From positions 170,048-234,047 of the forward strand of contig QZKH01000003.1 of the NCBI GenBank assembly GCA_003598025.1: 64,000 bases of DNA, read 5' to 3'. This stretch comes from Candidatus Omnitrophota bacterium (GTDB lineage: Bacteria; Omnitrophota; Gorgyraeia; Gygaellales; Profunditerraquicolaceae). The notes under the pieces are model-generated. The model saw only the letters and a program-made list of their open reading frames with translations. It had not been told where the DNA came from and did not search any database. Made by a program: the position numbers and the translations under genes. This document shows, in pieces, positions 10,655 through 19,217 of this stretch. Position 1 is the stretch's first letter, and every line of letters begins with the position of its first letter.

Positions 10655-11564
10655 CTAATAAGACCTCTAAAAATTCTTTGGCATCTATAATTTCATTTTT
10701 AGTAGCCGGATAGTGAGCCTCAATCACCTTGATCGTATCATTCTTAATATAAGAAGCAATTTTCTTAAAATCAAGGTTTCCCTTGAGCGGGGCAAGGTGG
10801 TCTTTGCAACCGTTTACATCATGCAGATGAATACCTAACATCTTTGTGCCGTAAAGGTCTAAGAAGTCCATATGTTTTATGAAACCAAGGTTTTCCATGA
10901 CTTGGGCATGCCCTGTGTCGTGCCAGTAATATATATTAGACCCTTGGAATTTATCTAAAATTATCCCTACCTCTCTTAGCGAGGGTATCTCTCGTAAATA
11001 GAACCTTGTTTCAACCCCAAGCAGGATATTCCTTGATTTAGCATAAGCGTTTAATTCTTCAAGGCTCTTTAGCGCGTTGTCAAGAAAAGGTTTATGCAGG
11101 CTTTCTCTTTCTTTAATTGCTTTATCACGGAGGTCTCTATATTCTTTGGTATCCTGCATGTTGATGGAATGCAGGTTTATAAGCGACCTGGTAGAATCCT
11201 CCATATCGACCCTGCCGCAGTGAAGGACTACGGCTCTTGCGCGTATTTCGTCAGCGGCATCGATAGTAAGTTTTGTATATTTTACAGCGGAGAGCCTTTC
11301 ACTCTCGTTTGTTGAAGCAATGGAAAATACATCTGGCAGGGCGTGTTTTCTTTCAAGGATCCCTGGTATTGGGCAGTAATTATGCAGGCTGCTTACGGAG
11401 ATCCTGTCATTCCTGGTTTCTTTAAGTATGTCCTTAAAAATTGATTCTGTTAAATTGAAGCTTAGTTCAACGCGCTTAAAACCTAACTGCGTGATTTCTG
11501 AAAGGATCTTTCTTCCATTATTGTGGTGAAAGGCGTTCCACGAGGTTGATAAAACTAAGGACAT
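10635..11564 (-). CDS. Sugar phosphate isomerase/epimerase (AP endonuclease 2-like TIM barrel)
   Basis: SLHN, VVLHCG, GVETR, WHDTGHA, IHLHDV, DHLAP metal-binding motifs. Confidence 0.8.
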   Translation of the reverse strand: MSLVLSTSWNAFHHNNGRKILSEITQLGFKRVELSFNLTESIFKDILKETRNDRISVSSLHNYCPIPGILERKHALPDVFSIASTNESERLSAVKYTKLTIDAADEIRARAVVLHCGRVDMEDSTRSLINLHSINMQDTKEYRDLRDKAIKERESLHKPFLDNALKSLEELNAYAKSRNILLGVETRFYLREIPSLREVGIILDKFQGSNIYYWHDTGHAQVMENLGFIKHMDFLDLYGTKMLGIHLHDVNGCKDHLAPLKGNLDFKKIASYIKNDTIKVIEAHYPATKNEIIDAKEFLEVLLDGKLNS

Positions 11565-11566
11565 CT

Positions 11567-11728
11567 CTATCTTCTGACCTTGGATTTCTTTCTTTTACGT
11601 TCACTGGGTTTTTCGTAGTGTTTCCGGTCTCTTACCTCCCTTAGAATGCCTTCTTGCTCGATCTTCTTCTTGAAACGGCGAAGGGCTGACTCAAACGATT
11701 CATCTTTTCTGATCTCAACTTGTGACAT
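11567..11728 (-). CDS. rpsU: 30S ribosomal protein S21, 53 aa (absent from ORF track)
   Basis: Manual translation MSQVEIRKDESFESALRRFKKKIEQEGILREVRDRKHYEKPSERKRKKSKVRR; AGGAG SD upstream. Confidence 0.96.
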   Translation of the reverse strand: MSQVEIRKDESFESALRRFKKKIEQEGILREVRDRKHYEKPSERKRKKSKVRR

Positions 11729-11749
11729 ACTATCATCTCCTTTTAAGCA

Positions 11750-11778
11750 ATACTATCACTCTTTGGCTACCTTGTCAA
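11750..11778 (-). promoter_or_regulatory. Sigma70-type promoter of rpsU
   Basis: Minus strand TTGACA-17 bp-TAGTAT with a TGn extended -10. Confidence 0.7.
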
Positions 11779-11784
11779 TATGTA

Positions 11785-11859
11785 CAGGTCCGTTTCTCCC
11801 ACTGACCACAGAAGTGCCCCCCGGGGGCACTTCTGTGATGGCTGACAGAAACGGACCTA
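11785..11859. repeat. 75-bp palindromic REP-doublet-like element, copy 1
   Basis: Core AGGTCCGTTTCT-cccactgac-CACAGAAGTGCCCCC-C-GGGGGCACTTCTGTG-atggctgac-AGAAACGGACCT; exact reverse complement of 12627..12701. Confidence 0.92.
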
Positions 11860-11872
11860 TTACTCTTAGCTT

Positions 11873-11900
11873 ACTATGAACTATCAACTATGAACTAATC
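11873..11900. repeat. Heptamer tandem repeat (ACTATGA/ACTATCA)
   Basis: actatga actatca actatga actaatc; related copies at about 12611-12624, 19165-19186 and 24138-24165. Confidence 0.6.
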
Positions 11901-12568
11901 TACTCTACCTCAAATGAAATAACCACATTAAACGATAACTGGGGGTAATCAAGCTCTTTCGGAAAAGGCGGGAAAGGTGATGCTTCATCAATACTATCAA
12001 GGGTGATCTTTTTTAAGTATTGAGAGGCCGATGATTTTTCCTGAATCAGGCGGGCATCGCGAAGCGTGCCGTCAGCATCAATAATAAAAGTGATCTGTGT
12101 TTCACCCGTTTCCTGGCCGTTGTAATTCTGGTAAGCGGCGCGTTTTATCCTTTCTCTTACTATTTGGTAGTAAGATATGTATGAGGGATTATCTATTTTA
12201 TTAAGGTCTATCGGAGGCAGGGATATCTTCTTTTTGACAGAGATTATATCCGGTTTTGCATATGTAGGTTTCTTGAATACCGGCTCTGTTAAGCCAGGCG
12301 TTTTGTTTCCGGGTATAAATTTATCCTTCTCGATTATAGGCTTTAGCAAGCTGCTATCAGGAGCGGCTTTAGGCGCCTTCATCTCTAAAAGTTCGCTCTT
12401 AAACAACTGCTTCTCTTTTACCTGTTTTATCTCTTTTAAGTAATTAATCTCGACTTCTTTCTCTTTTATTTTGGCAGGATTATTGTGAAAGAAATTAGCT
12501 TGAATAAAAATAGCAGAATGCAAGAATAGGGAGATTAAAAGGGCTATCTGGAATTTATCGAGTCGCAT
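11900..12568 (-). CDS. tonB: Energy transducer TonB family protein
   Basis: N-terminal TM with SLFLH, Lys/Pro-rich linker, TonB_C domain (FIIDADG..ASPFPPFP); downstream of a TonB-dependent receptor. Confidence 0.8.
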   Translation of the reverse strand: MRLDKFQIALLISLFLHSAIFIQANFFHNNPAKIKEKEVEINYLKEIKQVKEKQLFKSELLEMKAPKAAPDSSLLKPIIEKDKFIPGNKTPGLTEPVFKKPTYAKPDIISVKKKISLPPIDLNKIDNPSYISYYQIVRERIKRAAYQNYNGQETGETQITFIIDADGTLRDARLIQEKSSASQYLKKITLDSIDEASPFPPFPKELDYPQLSFNVVISFEVE

Positions 12569-12626
12569 AATAAGAATAAAATAACACGTAGGACAGCATA
12601 ATTCAATATATTAGTTCATGGTTGCT

Positions 12627-12701
12627 TAGGTCCGTTTCTGTCAGCCATCACAGAAGTGCCCCCGGGGGGCACTTCTGTGGTCAGTGGGAGAAACGGACCT
12701 G
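12627..12701. repeat. 75-bp palindromic REP-doublet-like element, copy 2 (inverted)
   Basis: Base-by-base reverse complement of 11785..11859. Confidence 0.92.
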
Positions 12702-12704
12702 GTT

Positions 12705-14600
12705 TTAGAAGGTGATTTTCACTCCTCCCATTACTGTCCGCCCTGGTTCGGCGTAATTTTTTACTTCTTCGTAATTTTCGTCAGTAATATTATCAACCCT
12801 GAAGAACAATTCTTTGCCTGAAAAGATTTCATAGTTCAAAATAAAATCAAGCTTGGTATAGGATTTAAGCAGCCTGTTGCCTGAATCCGGCCTGTGGCCG
12901 GTATATTGAGAGATTATATTCATTTCTAATTTATCGGTAGGCTCAAAATCAACCTTAAAATACACCTTGTTTTTTGGCCTCCTTAAAAGTTCATCCCCTG
13001 TCGCTTTATCTTCAGTGTCCTGCCAGGTGTATCCGGTGACGAGCTTTAATGATTTAAAAGGCCTGTAAGAGGCGTCCGCTTCGAAACCATATATCCTTGC
13101 TTTGCCGATATTAGAGTATTGGGCTGTGGTAAATGTCGCAGGGTTATATTTTGCATCGATAAGGTTCTTAATGTGCGTCCTGAAATAAGAGAATCCAAGA
13201 TTCAATTTATCATTAAACGCCGGCTGTTCTAAACCCACTTCATAAGACTGGCTCTCTTCAGGCTGAAGATTAGGATTGCCGCCCCCAAACCACGGGTCGC
13301 TTAGAGCATGAAGCTGGTAAAGTGTCGGAGCTTTGAATGCGGTTGCCCACATGCCTTTTAACTTTGTTTTTGAGCAAAAGGTATAAGCAGAGTCGATTTT
13401 ATAGGTTTCCTTTGTTCCGAAATAGGAGTGATTATCAAATCTTAGCCCGGTATTTAACACAAATTTATCATTTAAGTTAAACGAGTTTTGAAGATAATAA
13501 CCACGGTTCCTGCTTATAACTTTAGGAAAGTGAGTTTCGGATGATCCGCCGAGGTAATCAGTATAGTAATAATAATTCCCTTTTTCCCTCTGCCAGTCAA
13601 GGCCGAAAGTTATCGTATCAAAGTCAACAGGCGTTAAGGTGTGCTGCCAGTCAATTTGCTGGTTTTCACCGAGATACCAGTCCCTAAGGTAATCATCCGG
13701 GAACATGGCATCCTTATCATTTGAATCCGTGCGGTAATTTTGCATAAATGAAAGCTGAAGTTTTTGCTTCCAGATATCCGTAATATTATTATTTATAAAT
13801 GTCGTTACCATCAACTGCCTTTCCTTGGCAAGCATATCCGGGTCGTCTTTAAGCCCGATGGAGTTATCATATTCATGTCTTGAGTCAGAGAGCCTGAAAC
13901 TTGTGCCGATAGAATTATCCTTATTTATATCGTAATCTAACCTTAAAGAAAGATTCAGGTTTTCATACGGATCGTTCTCCGAGGTATTTTTAAGGCTGGA
14001 TATGCCGTGACTTTTATAGTGCATTATGCCTGCGCTATAAGAAAAATCATTGATCCTTCCTGAAGAATCAAATGCTTCTTTTAAGGTATCATAAGTGCCG
14101 TAAGAAGCCGAAAAGCTGCTCTGTGGCTTTCCTTTACCTTTCCTGGTTATTATATTTATTACTCCTCCTATTGCGTCCGAGCCGTAAAGGGTGCTTTGCG
14201 CTCCGCGGACTATTTCTATCCTCTCAACGTTATCAAGGCTAAGGTTGGCAAAGTCAAAAGCCCCGTTTGTAGCAATCGGGTCGTACATCCTCACATTATC
14301 AATCATTATTTTTGTGTGATTTGAGTTAGTCCCCCTTAAGAATACTGAAACCGGGCCGCCGAAACTTCCGGTTTGCACTATATCTAATCCTGCGGTTTCT
14401 TTTATGAAATCTTTTATATTTGTCTGTTTGCTTTCTTCTATATCCCTGCGGGTAAATACAGTGACTGCCTGCGTTGTGCCTTTAATGCTCTGCTCGTTCC
14501 TTAAAGGCGTAACTACGATTTTATCAAGGTCAATATTATCGGCAAAACTGTTTGTGCCGAAAAAAATCAAAGCGGCTGATAAAACCAATGTTTTTTTCAT
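12705..14600 (-). CDS. btuB: TonB-dependent receptor, BtuB-like cobalamin transporter
   Basis: Signal peptide, TonB box DKIVVT, plug motif ERIEIVRGAQSTLYGSDAIGGVINIIT, C-terminal Phe; lies downstream of a B12 riboswitch. Confidence 0.88.
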   Translation of the reverse strand: MKKTLVLSAALIFFGTNSFADNIDLDKIVVTPLRNEQSIKGTTQAVTVFTRRDIEESKQTNIKDFIKETAGLDIVQTGSFGGPVSVFLRGTNSNHTKIMIDNVRMYDPIATNGAFDFANLSLDNVERIEIVRGAQSTLYGSDAIGGVINIITRKGKGKPQSSFSASYGTYDTLKEAFDSSGRINDFSYSAGIMHYKSHGISSLKNTSENDPYENLNLSLRLDYDINKDNSIGTSFRLSDSRHEYDNSIGLKDDPDMLAKERQLMVTTFINNNITDIWKQKLQLSFMQNYRTDSNDKDAMFPDDYLRDWYLGENQQIDWQHTLTPVDFDTITFGLDWQREKGNYYYYTDYLGGSSETHFPKVISRNRGYYLQNSFNLNDKFVLNTGLRFDNHSYFGTKETYKIDSAYTFCSKTKLKGMWATAFKAPTLYQLHALSDPWFGGGNPNLQPEESQSYEVGLEQPAFNDKLNLGFSYFRTHIKNLIDAKYNPATFTTAQYSNIGKARIYGFEADASYRPFKSLKLVTGYTWQDTEDKATGDELLRRPKNKVYFKVDFEPTDKLEMNIISQYTGHRPDSGNRLLKSYTKLDFILNYEIFSGKELFFRVDNITDENYEEVKNYAEPGRTVMGGVKITF

Positions 14601-15274
14601 ACTCTTTGCTCCTTTTCTATAATCTTGTATTCCTGGATGTCCAAGAACCAGTATTCTTTAATGAACAATTTGTCTGTTTTTGTTATTTCAATGCGGTTTT
14701 TAAAATTTGGGCCGTCAAATACAAAAGAGTGAAATTCACCCATTTCCCCGCATATATCCACATCGGAAATTTTTTCTATGTCTGCAATAAACTGCTTGTC
14801 AATGACCCGGCCGATCCAATCCTTTTGCAGTTTTTTTGCCTGCGCGCTGGTAACAATGGCCTTAAAACCAAAATCAACCAGCTCATTAAGCACGCTTTTT
14901 GTATCCTGGTGCCATATGGGAGATATTACGCCTAAGTCCTGGGCCTGGCACATGTTTTGCACCCAGTCTTTTAAATCCTGCAGGTATATGTCTCCCCTGA
15001 TGATTTGTCCGACGCCATAAGACTTGAGTTCCGAAAGAGTATTTCTAAATACCTCTTCATAATTACGCTCGTTTGTTGTCTTCTGAACTAATTCAACACC
15101 CAAAGAATCAGCCTGGAGTTTAACGAGCTCAGCTTTTGCGCCATGAAAAGTGACCCGCCTGTACTCTTCCGATATAAAGTTGAATAAATAATCGACTTTA
15201 TATCCCTGCTGTTGCGCCTTAAATAATGACAGGCAGCTATCTTTGCCGCTGCTCCATGAGCAAGCAACCTTCAT
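14597..15274 (-). CDS. DUF71/Dph6-like (diphthine-ammonia ligase family) ATP-binding protein
   Basis: SWSSGKDS PP-loop, GDIYL, DICGEMGEFHSFVFDGPNF. Confidence 0.88.
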   Translation of the reverse strand: MKVACSWSSGKDSCLSLFKAQQQGYKVDYLFNFISEEYRRVTFHGAKAELVKLQADSLGVELVQKTTNERNYEEVFRNTLSELKSYGVGQIIRGDIYLQDLKDWVQNMCQAQDLGVISPIWHQDTKSVLNELVDFGFKAIVTSAQAKKLQKDWIGRVIDKQFIADIEKISDVDICGEMGEFHSFVFDGPNFKNRIEITKTDKLFIKEYWFLDIQEYKIIEKEQRV

Positions 15275-15300
15275 TGATTTGTTTCTCCTTTCCCGGACAA

Positions 15301-15344
15301 ATAAAAAACCCCCGCACTTTCTTGTGAAATCAAGAGCGGGGGTT
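15301..15344 (-). terminator. Intrinsic terminator of the riboswitch expression platform
   Basis: Minus strand AACCCCCGCTCTTG..CAAGAAAGTGCGGGGGTTTTTTAT: GC stem followed by a U-tract, between aptamer and DUF71 start. Confidence 0.8.
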
Positions 15345-15387
15345 GCACCCTATTTACTTAGCCCTTATCCGCGAGGCGTTACATTTT

Positions 15388-15525
15388 GATATAGGCAGGT
15401 CTTCTGACTACGGGTTTAACCTATTGGCTGCGCCTTCCCGGTATTACCAGTGGCATCTGCAGCTGTTTTACCCTTTACAGCGGCGGGACCGTGGCCGATT
15501 TTCACGGCCTTCCCTTTACCTATTC
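15388..15525 (-). ncRNA. Cobalamin riboswitch aptamer
   Basis: Minus strand AGGGAAGGCCGTGAAAATCGGCCACGGTCCCGCCGCTGTAA..GCCACTGG..CCGGGAAGGC..AGTCAGAAGACCTGCC (B12 box); upstream of btuB. Confidence 0.93.
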
Positions 15526-15547
15526 AAAATTCCAAATTGTTACTTCT

Positions 15548-15575
15548 ATTCTATTTTTAAATTTTCTTTTGTCAA
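15548..15575 (-). promoter_or_regulatory. Sigma70-type promoter of the riboswitch-DUF71-btuB transcript
   Basis: Minus strand TTGACA-16 bp-TAGAAT; -35 overlaps the stop codon of the upstream ABC ATPase. Confidence 0.65.
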
Positions 15576-16354
15576 TATTTATTTTTTGCAACCAGCAGTA
15601 CATGCGGTTTTCCCGATATGGGGTTTTTGTTTACGATAACCAGAGTCTTATAAACATTCTCAATGTTTTGATAAGTCAATACCTCTTCGGGCTGGCCGAT
15701 CTTTGAGACCATCCCTTCATGCAGCATGACAATTTTATCGCAATACTCACTAGCAAGGTTTAAGTCATGCAAGACTATAACAACTGTTATCTTTTCATTT
15801 TTATTAAGCTGTTTAAGCAGATTGAGCATCTGGACCTGATGGCCTATATCAAGATGGGATGTTGGTTCGTCCAGGAGTAAAACTTTTGGCTTTTGGGTAA
15901 GCGCTTTGGCAATAATGACCATTTGTTTTTCACCGGCGCTTAATTCATGGATAAACCTATCTTTAAGTTTATAGGTTCCGGTAAGCTCAAGCGCCTTAGC
16001 GGCGATCTCGTAATCAGCCTTTGATTCCCATTGTGTGCGTTTTAGAAAAGGTATCCTGCCAAGCATGGCTATATCCATTACGGTAAACGAGAAATTGATA
16101 TCTATACTTTGCGGCACAAAAGCAAATTCACAGCTTAACTCGTGGGGGTTAAAGCTTAAAAGATCTTTCTCCTTATAAGTGATTTTCCCCGCTGAGGGCT
16201 GTATGTATCTGCTTATTACCCTGAGCAAAGTGGATTTACCAGAGCCGTTTGGGCCGATAATGCCGGTGAATTGGCCGTCTTCTATCTTAAGAGAAATATC
16301 ATGCAGGACATCGTTTTTGAGATAACCGGCAGTAATACCTTTTAATTCAATCAT
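15572..16354 (-). CDS. Cobalamin/iron-chelate ABC transporter ATPase (BtuD-like)
   Basis: GPNGSGKST, LSAGEKQ, LLLDEPTSHLD. Confidence 0.9.
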   Translation of the reverse strand: MIELKGITAGYLKNDVLHDISLKIEDGQFTGIIGPNGSGKSTLLRVISRYIQPSAGKITYKEKDLLSFNPHELSCEFAFVPQSIDINFSFTVMDIAMLGRIPFLKRTQWESKADYEIAAKALELTGTYKLKDRFIHELSAGEKQMVIIAKALTQKPKVLLLDEPTSHLDIGHQVQMLNLLKQLNKNEKITVVIVLHDLNLASEYCDKIVMLHEGMVSKIGQPEEVLTYQNIENVYKTLVIVNKNPISGKPHVLLVAKNKY

Positions 16355-16356
16355 TT

Positions 16357-17316
16357 TTAGAGTGTAATTTTCTGTTTCTTCCTAAGCAATAAAATAAAAA
16401 CAGGCCCGCCGATGACCGATGTAATGACGCCAATAGGAATCTCTACCGGCGCAAGCATTACCCTGCTTATTATATCGGCAATTATTAAAAATATAGCAGA
16501 TGAAACCGCGCTTACCGGTATCAGCGTCCTGTGGTCTGAACCGAATATGAACCTGATTGCATGCGGTATGATGAGGCCGATAAAGCCGATTATGCCGCAG
16601 ACGCATACAATGCTTGCAGTCATAATCGATGCTATTATAAATAATATCTTTCTTATTGTGTTTACATTTATTCCGAGATGATGCGCCTCTTCTTCACCAA
16701 GGCTTATGGCATTTAGGTCGCGCGCAAGGTATAAAGATATAGCAATACCACAAGATACTATTACTCCGACAATATAAAGCAGTTTGAAATCAAATAGCTG
16801 CAGGCTGCCCAAAAGCCACCAGGTTATGCTATGCATACCCTCATTTGTGGAGACAGAAATAAAAAACAGCAGCAGGCTTGAAAAAATAGCACCTGTAATC
16901 ACCCCGGATAAAAGCAGCCCCTGGGAAGAGATCTTACCGTTGATTTTAGCAAGGTTATAAACAATTAGCATGGTGGTTGCTGCTCCGATAAAAGCGATTA
17001 AAGGCAGGAAAATCAGTGATACTCCAAGCAACAATCCTATTATAGCCCCCAGCCCTGCGCCGCTTGATACGCCTAGAACATAAGGCTCAGCCAGCGGGTT
17101 TCTTAATATCGCCTGGAATATTAAACCTGACACCGCTAGCCCCGAACCTGCAATAAGCGCAAGTAGTATCCTTGATAACCTTAATTTCAATATTTCAGGA
17201 TTAGCGAGCAACTGGTTAAAGCCCACTTTGACTGCCCCGTTGGTTAAGCCAAGATAGGCCGCTAATAACAGTAATGACAATAATAGGCCGATAAATATTG
17301 ATTTTTTATCTTTCAT
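16357..17316 (-). CDS. Cobalamin/iron-chelate ABC permease (BtuC/FecCD)
   Basis: QAILRNPLAEPYVLGVSSGA, LGEEEAHHLG, IGFIGLIIPH, EIPIGVIT. Confidence 0.92.
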   Translation of the reverse strand: MKDKKSIFIGLLLSLLLLAAYLGLTNGAVKVGFNQLLANPEILKLRLSRILLALIAGSGLAVSGLIFQAILRNPLAEPYVLGVSSGAGLGAIIGLLLGVSLIFLPLIAFIGAATTMLIVYNLAKINGKISSQGLLLSGVITGAIFSSLLLFFISVSTNEGMHSITWWLLGSLQLFDFKLLYIVGVIVSCGIAISLYLARDLNAISLGEEEAHHLGINVNTIRKILFIIASIMTASIVCVCGIIGFIGLIIPHAIRFIFGSDHRTLIPVSAVSSAIFLIIADIISRVMLAPVEIPIGVITSVIGGPVFILLLRKKQKITL

Positions 17317-18139
17317 CGTAGAATTTACTATGAAGGAATTCCGCGCCTTCTACCATTCTTGGACCCGGGCGTAAAATCATTTCCGGGGTCATATCCATTA
17401 TGATATGGTTGTTTTTTACTGCTTTTATATTCTTCCAGCCGATCCTTTTAGAAATATCATATTTAGTATTACTGCCCGCCATATACCCTAATATTATAAA
17501 ATCAGGGTCACGGTCGATGACAACCTCTGAAGAAAACCTGGAATATGGCTTTGGGGTATCATGAGCGATATTCAAACCTCCCGCAATCCCGATCAGCTCA
17601 TCAATGATAGAGCCTTTTCCTGCTGTCATTAACGGCTCTCCCCATATCTCAACAAAGACTTTCGGTTTCTTTTCATCAGGGATGTTTTGAGTTTTTTTCC
17701 CTATGAAGTCCAGTTTTTCTTTAAGCTTATCTACAAGATTCTTTGCTTCGCTTTGTTTTCCGGTGAGCCTGCCTATCTCTATGACTGAGTTAAACAACTC
17801 TTGAAAATTTTCAGGGTCACTGACAAACACTTTGATATCCATTGCCCGTAATTTATTCACCACAGGCGCCTGCTCTAAACCCGTGGCAAAAACAATATCC
17901 GGTTTCATGGACACTATCATCTCTATGTTGGGTTCTGAAAAAGTGCCTATCTTCTTAATCTGTTTTGCCTGTTCAGGGTAATCGCACCAAATCGTATTGG
18001 CGATAATATTGTTTCCTAAACCAAGGCTGAAGAGTATTTCCGTAGTTGCCGGAGAAAGAGAGATTATCCTTATGCCTTCGGCATTGCAGAATGAAAAAAT
18101 GAACGACAATATTAATGTTAATAGGCCAAGGCGCTTCAT
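17306..18139 (-). CDS. Cobalamin-binding periplasmic protein (BtuF-like)
   Basis: RIISLSPATTEILFSLG, CDYP, RPGPR; B12 locus context. Confidence 0.88.
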   Translation of the reverse strand: MKRLGLLTLILSFIFSFCNAEGIRIISLSPATTEILFSLGLGNNIIANTIWCDYPEQAKQIKKIGTFSEPNIEMIVSMKPDIVFATGLEQAPVVNKLRAMDIKVFVSDPENFQELFNSVIEIGRLTGKQSEAKNLVDKLKEKLDFIGKKTQNIPDEKKPKVFVEIWGEPLMTAGKGSIIDELIGIAGGLNIAHDTPKPYSRFSSEVVIDRDPDFIILGYMAGSNTKYDISKRIGWKNIKAVKNNHIIMDMTPEMILRPGPRMVEGAEFLHSKFYDER

Positions 18140-18143
18140 TATA

Positions 18144-18647
18144 TCAGTATTCGATGCCTCTTCTTGCTTTCTTGCCTTTGCTGTAGTAGTGTTTTACTTC
18201 GCGGATTTCGCTTACTAAGTCAGCGGCTTTTATTATTTTGGGATGCGCATAGCGGCCGGTAAGGATGATTTCGCAATCTTTGGGCACGTTGTTAATACAG
18301 CTTAATACATCGGTAATGCGGATTAGCCCCAGGTTTATGGCGACGTTAATTTCATCCAGTATGATCACATCGTAGCACTTTTTATTTACAGCCTTTTTTA
18401 CGGCGTCAATCCCCTTTTTTGTAAAATCTATATCTTTCTGCGATGGCTGCCTGCACACAAAACATCTGCTGCCGAATTGCTCAACCTTGATATTTTTGTG
18501 TTTCTTTAACGCTTTAATCTCGCTGCAGGCCCTGCCTTTAAGAAATTGACAGAAGTAAACTTTTTTCCCTGCTCCGCTGGCACGTAACGCAAGCCCGAGC
18601 GCTGCCGTAGTTTTTCCTTTTCCATTTCCGGTATATACTTGTATCAT
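18144..18647 (-). CDS. cobO: Cob(I)yrinic acid a,c-diamide adenosyltransferase
   Basis: QVYTGNGKGKTTAALGLALRA, QFLKG, ILDEI, LTGR, ARRGIEY. Confidence 0.95.
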   Translation of the reverse strand: MIQVYTGNGKGKTTAALGLALRASGAGKKVYFCQFLKGRACSEIKALKKHKNIKVEQFGSRCFVCRQPSQKDIDFTKKGIDAVKKAVNKKCYDVIILDEINVAINLGLIRITDVLSCINNVPKDCEIILTGRYAHPKIIKAADLVSEIREVKHYYSKGKKARRGIEY

Positions 18648-19108
18648 TTTGTTAAAATTTTATATCCTGATATTCCAAGCGTGCATAATATTGAGACTAT
18701 TACGCCGGCTATTAAAACCCCGGCGGCAATGGAGATAAAAGCGTATTTAAACCTTATCTTAAATAAAGATGCGGCGATTGCCCCTGTCCATGCCCCTGTC
18801 ATAGGAAGCGGCACGGCGACAAACAACATGAGGCCGATGGATTCATACTTCTGTATAAGTTCAGACTTCTTTTTTGTCCGCTCAAAGAGCCAGTCAAAGA
18901 AATTCTTCCATAACGCAAATTTACGCAATCTTGCCGATACAGGCTCTAATAGCAACAGTAGAGGTATAACAGGCAATAAGTTTCCTATTATAGATATCCA
19001 GAACACTTTAATCAGGGGAAGATTAAAAGATAGCCCTAATGGTATAGCTCCCCTTAATTCAGATACCGGCAAAGCCGCTAAAATAAGTACTTTTATTTCA
19101 TTAGTCAT
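18644..19108 (-). CDS. Putative small multi-drug export membrane protein (COG2426)
   Basis: LPVSELRGAIPLG, FVAVPLPMTGAWTG. Confidence 0.88.
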   Translation of the reverse strand: MTNEIKVLILAALPVSELRGAIPLGLSFNLPLIKVFWISIIGNLLPVIPLLLLLEPVSARLRKFALWKNFFDWLFERTKKKSELIQKYESIGLMLFVAVPLPMTGAWTGAIAASLFKIRFKYAFISIAAGVLIAGVIVSILCTLGISGYKILTK

Positions 19109-19117
19109 GTTCTTTTA

Positions 19118-19217
19118 GGACCGCTTATCCTGCTCATCAGGAATGTTATTTCTTTGTTTTTATTTGTGATCTGTGAACTATGAACTCGCCTGCTTTCGGC
19201 AGGCGAGAAGTGTTCCC
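19118..19217. repeat. Degenerate REP-family element with internal hairpin and heptamers
   Basis: Begins GGACCGCTT and ends GAGAAGTGTTCCC, like the RAYT and tonB repeat ends; contains ctcgcctgc-tttcg-gcaggcgag hairpin (19185-19207). Confidence 0.5.

Noticed and set aside
11646-11879. Plus-strand 77-aa ORF spanning the palindrome
   Set aside because: Antisense to rpsU and its promoter; openness is explained by the GC-rich repeat.
11785-12701. Palindromic repeats as a CRISPR array
   Set aside because: Only two copies, inverted, separated by a full gene; no spacer periodicity and no cas genes.
14597-15274. Diphthamide biosynthesis
   Set aside because: Bacterial EF-G is not diphthamidated and no dph genes are present; the context points to corrinoid salvage.
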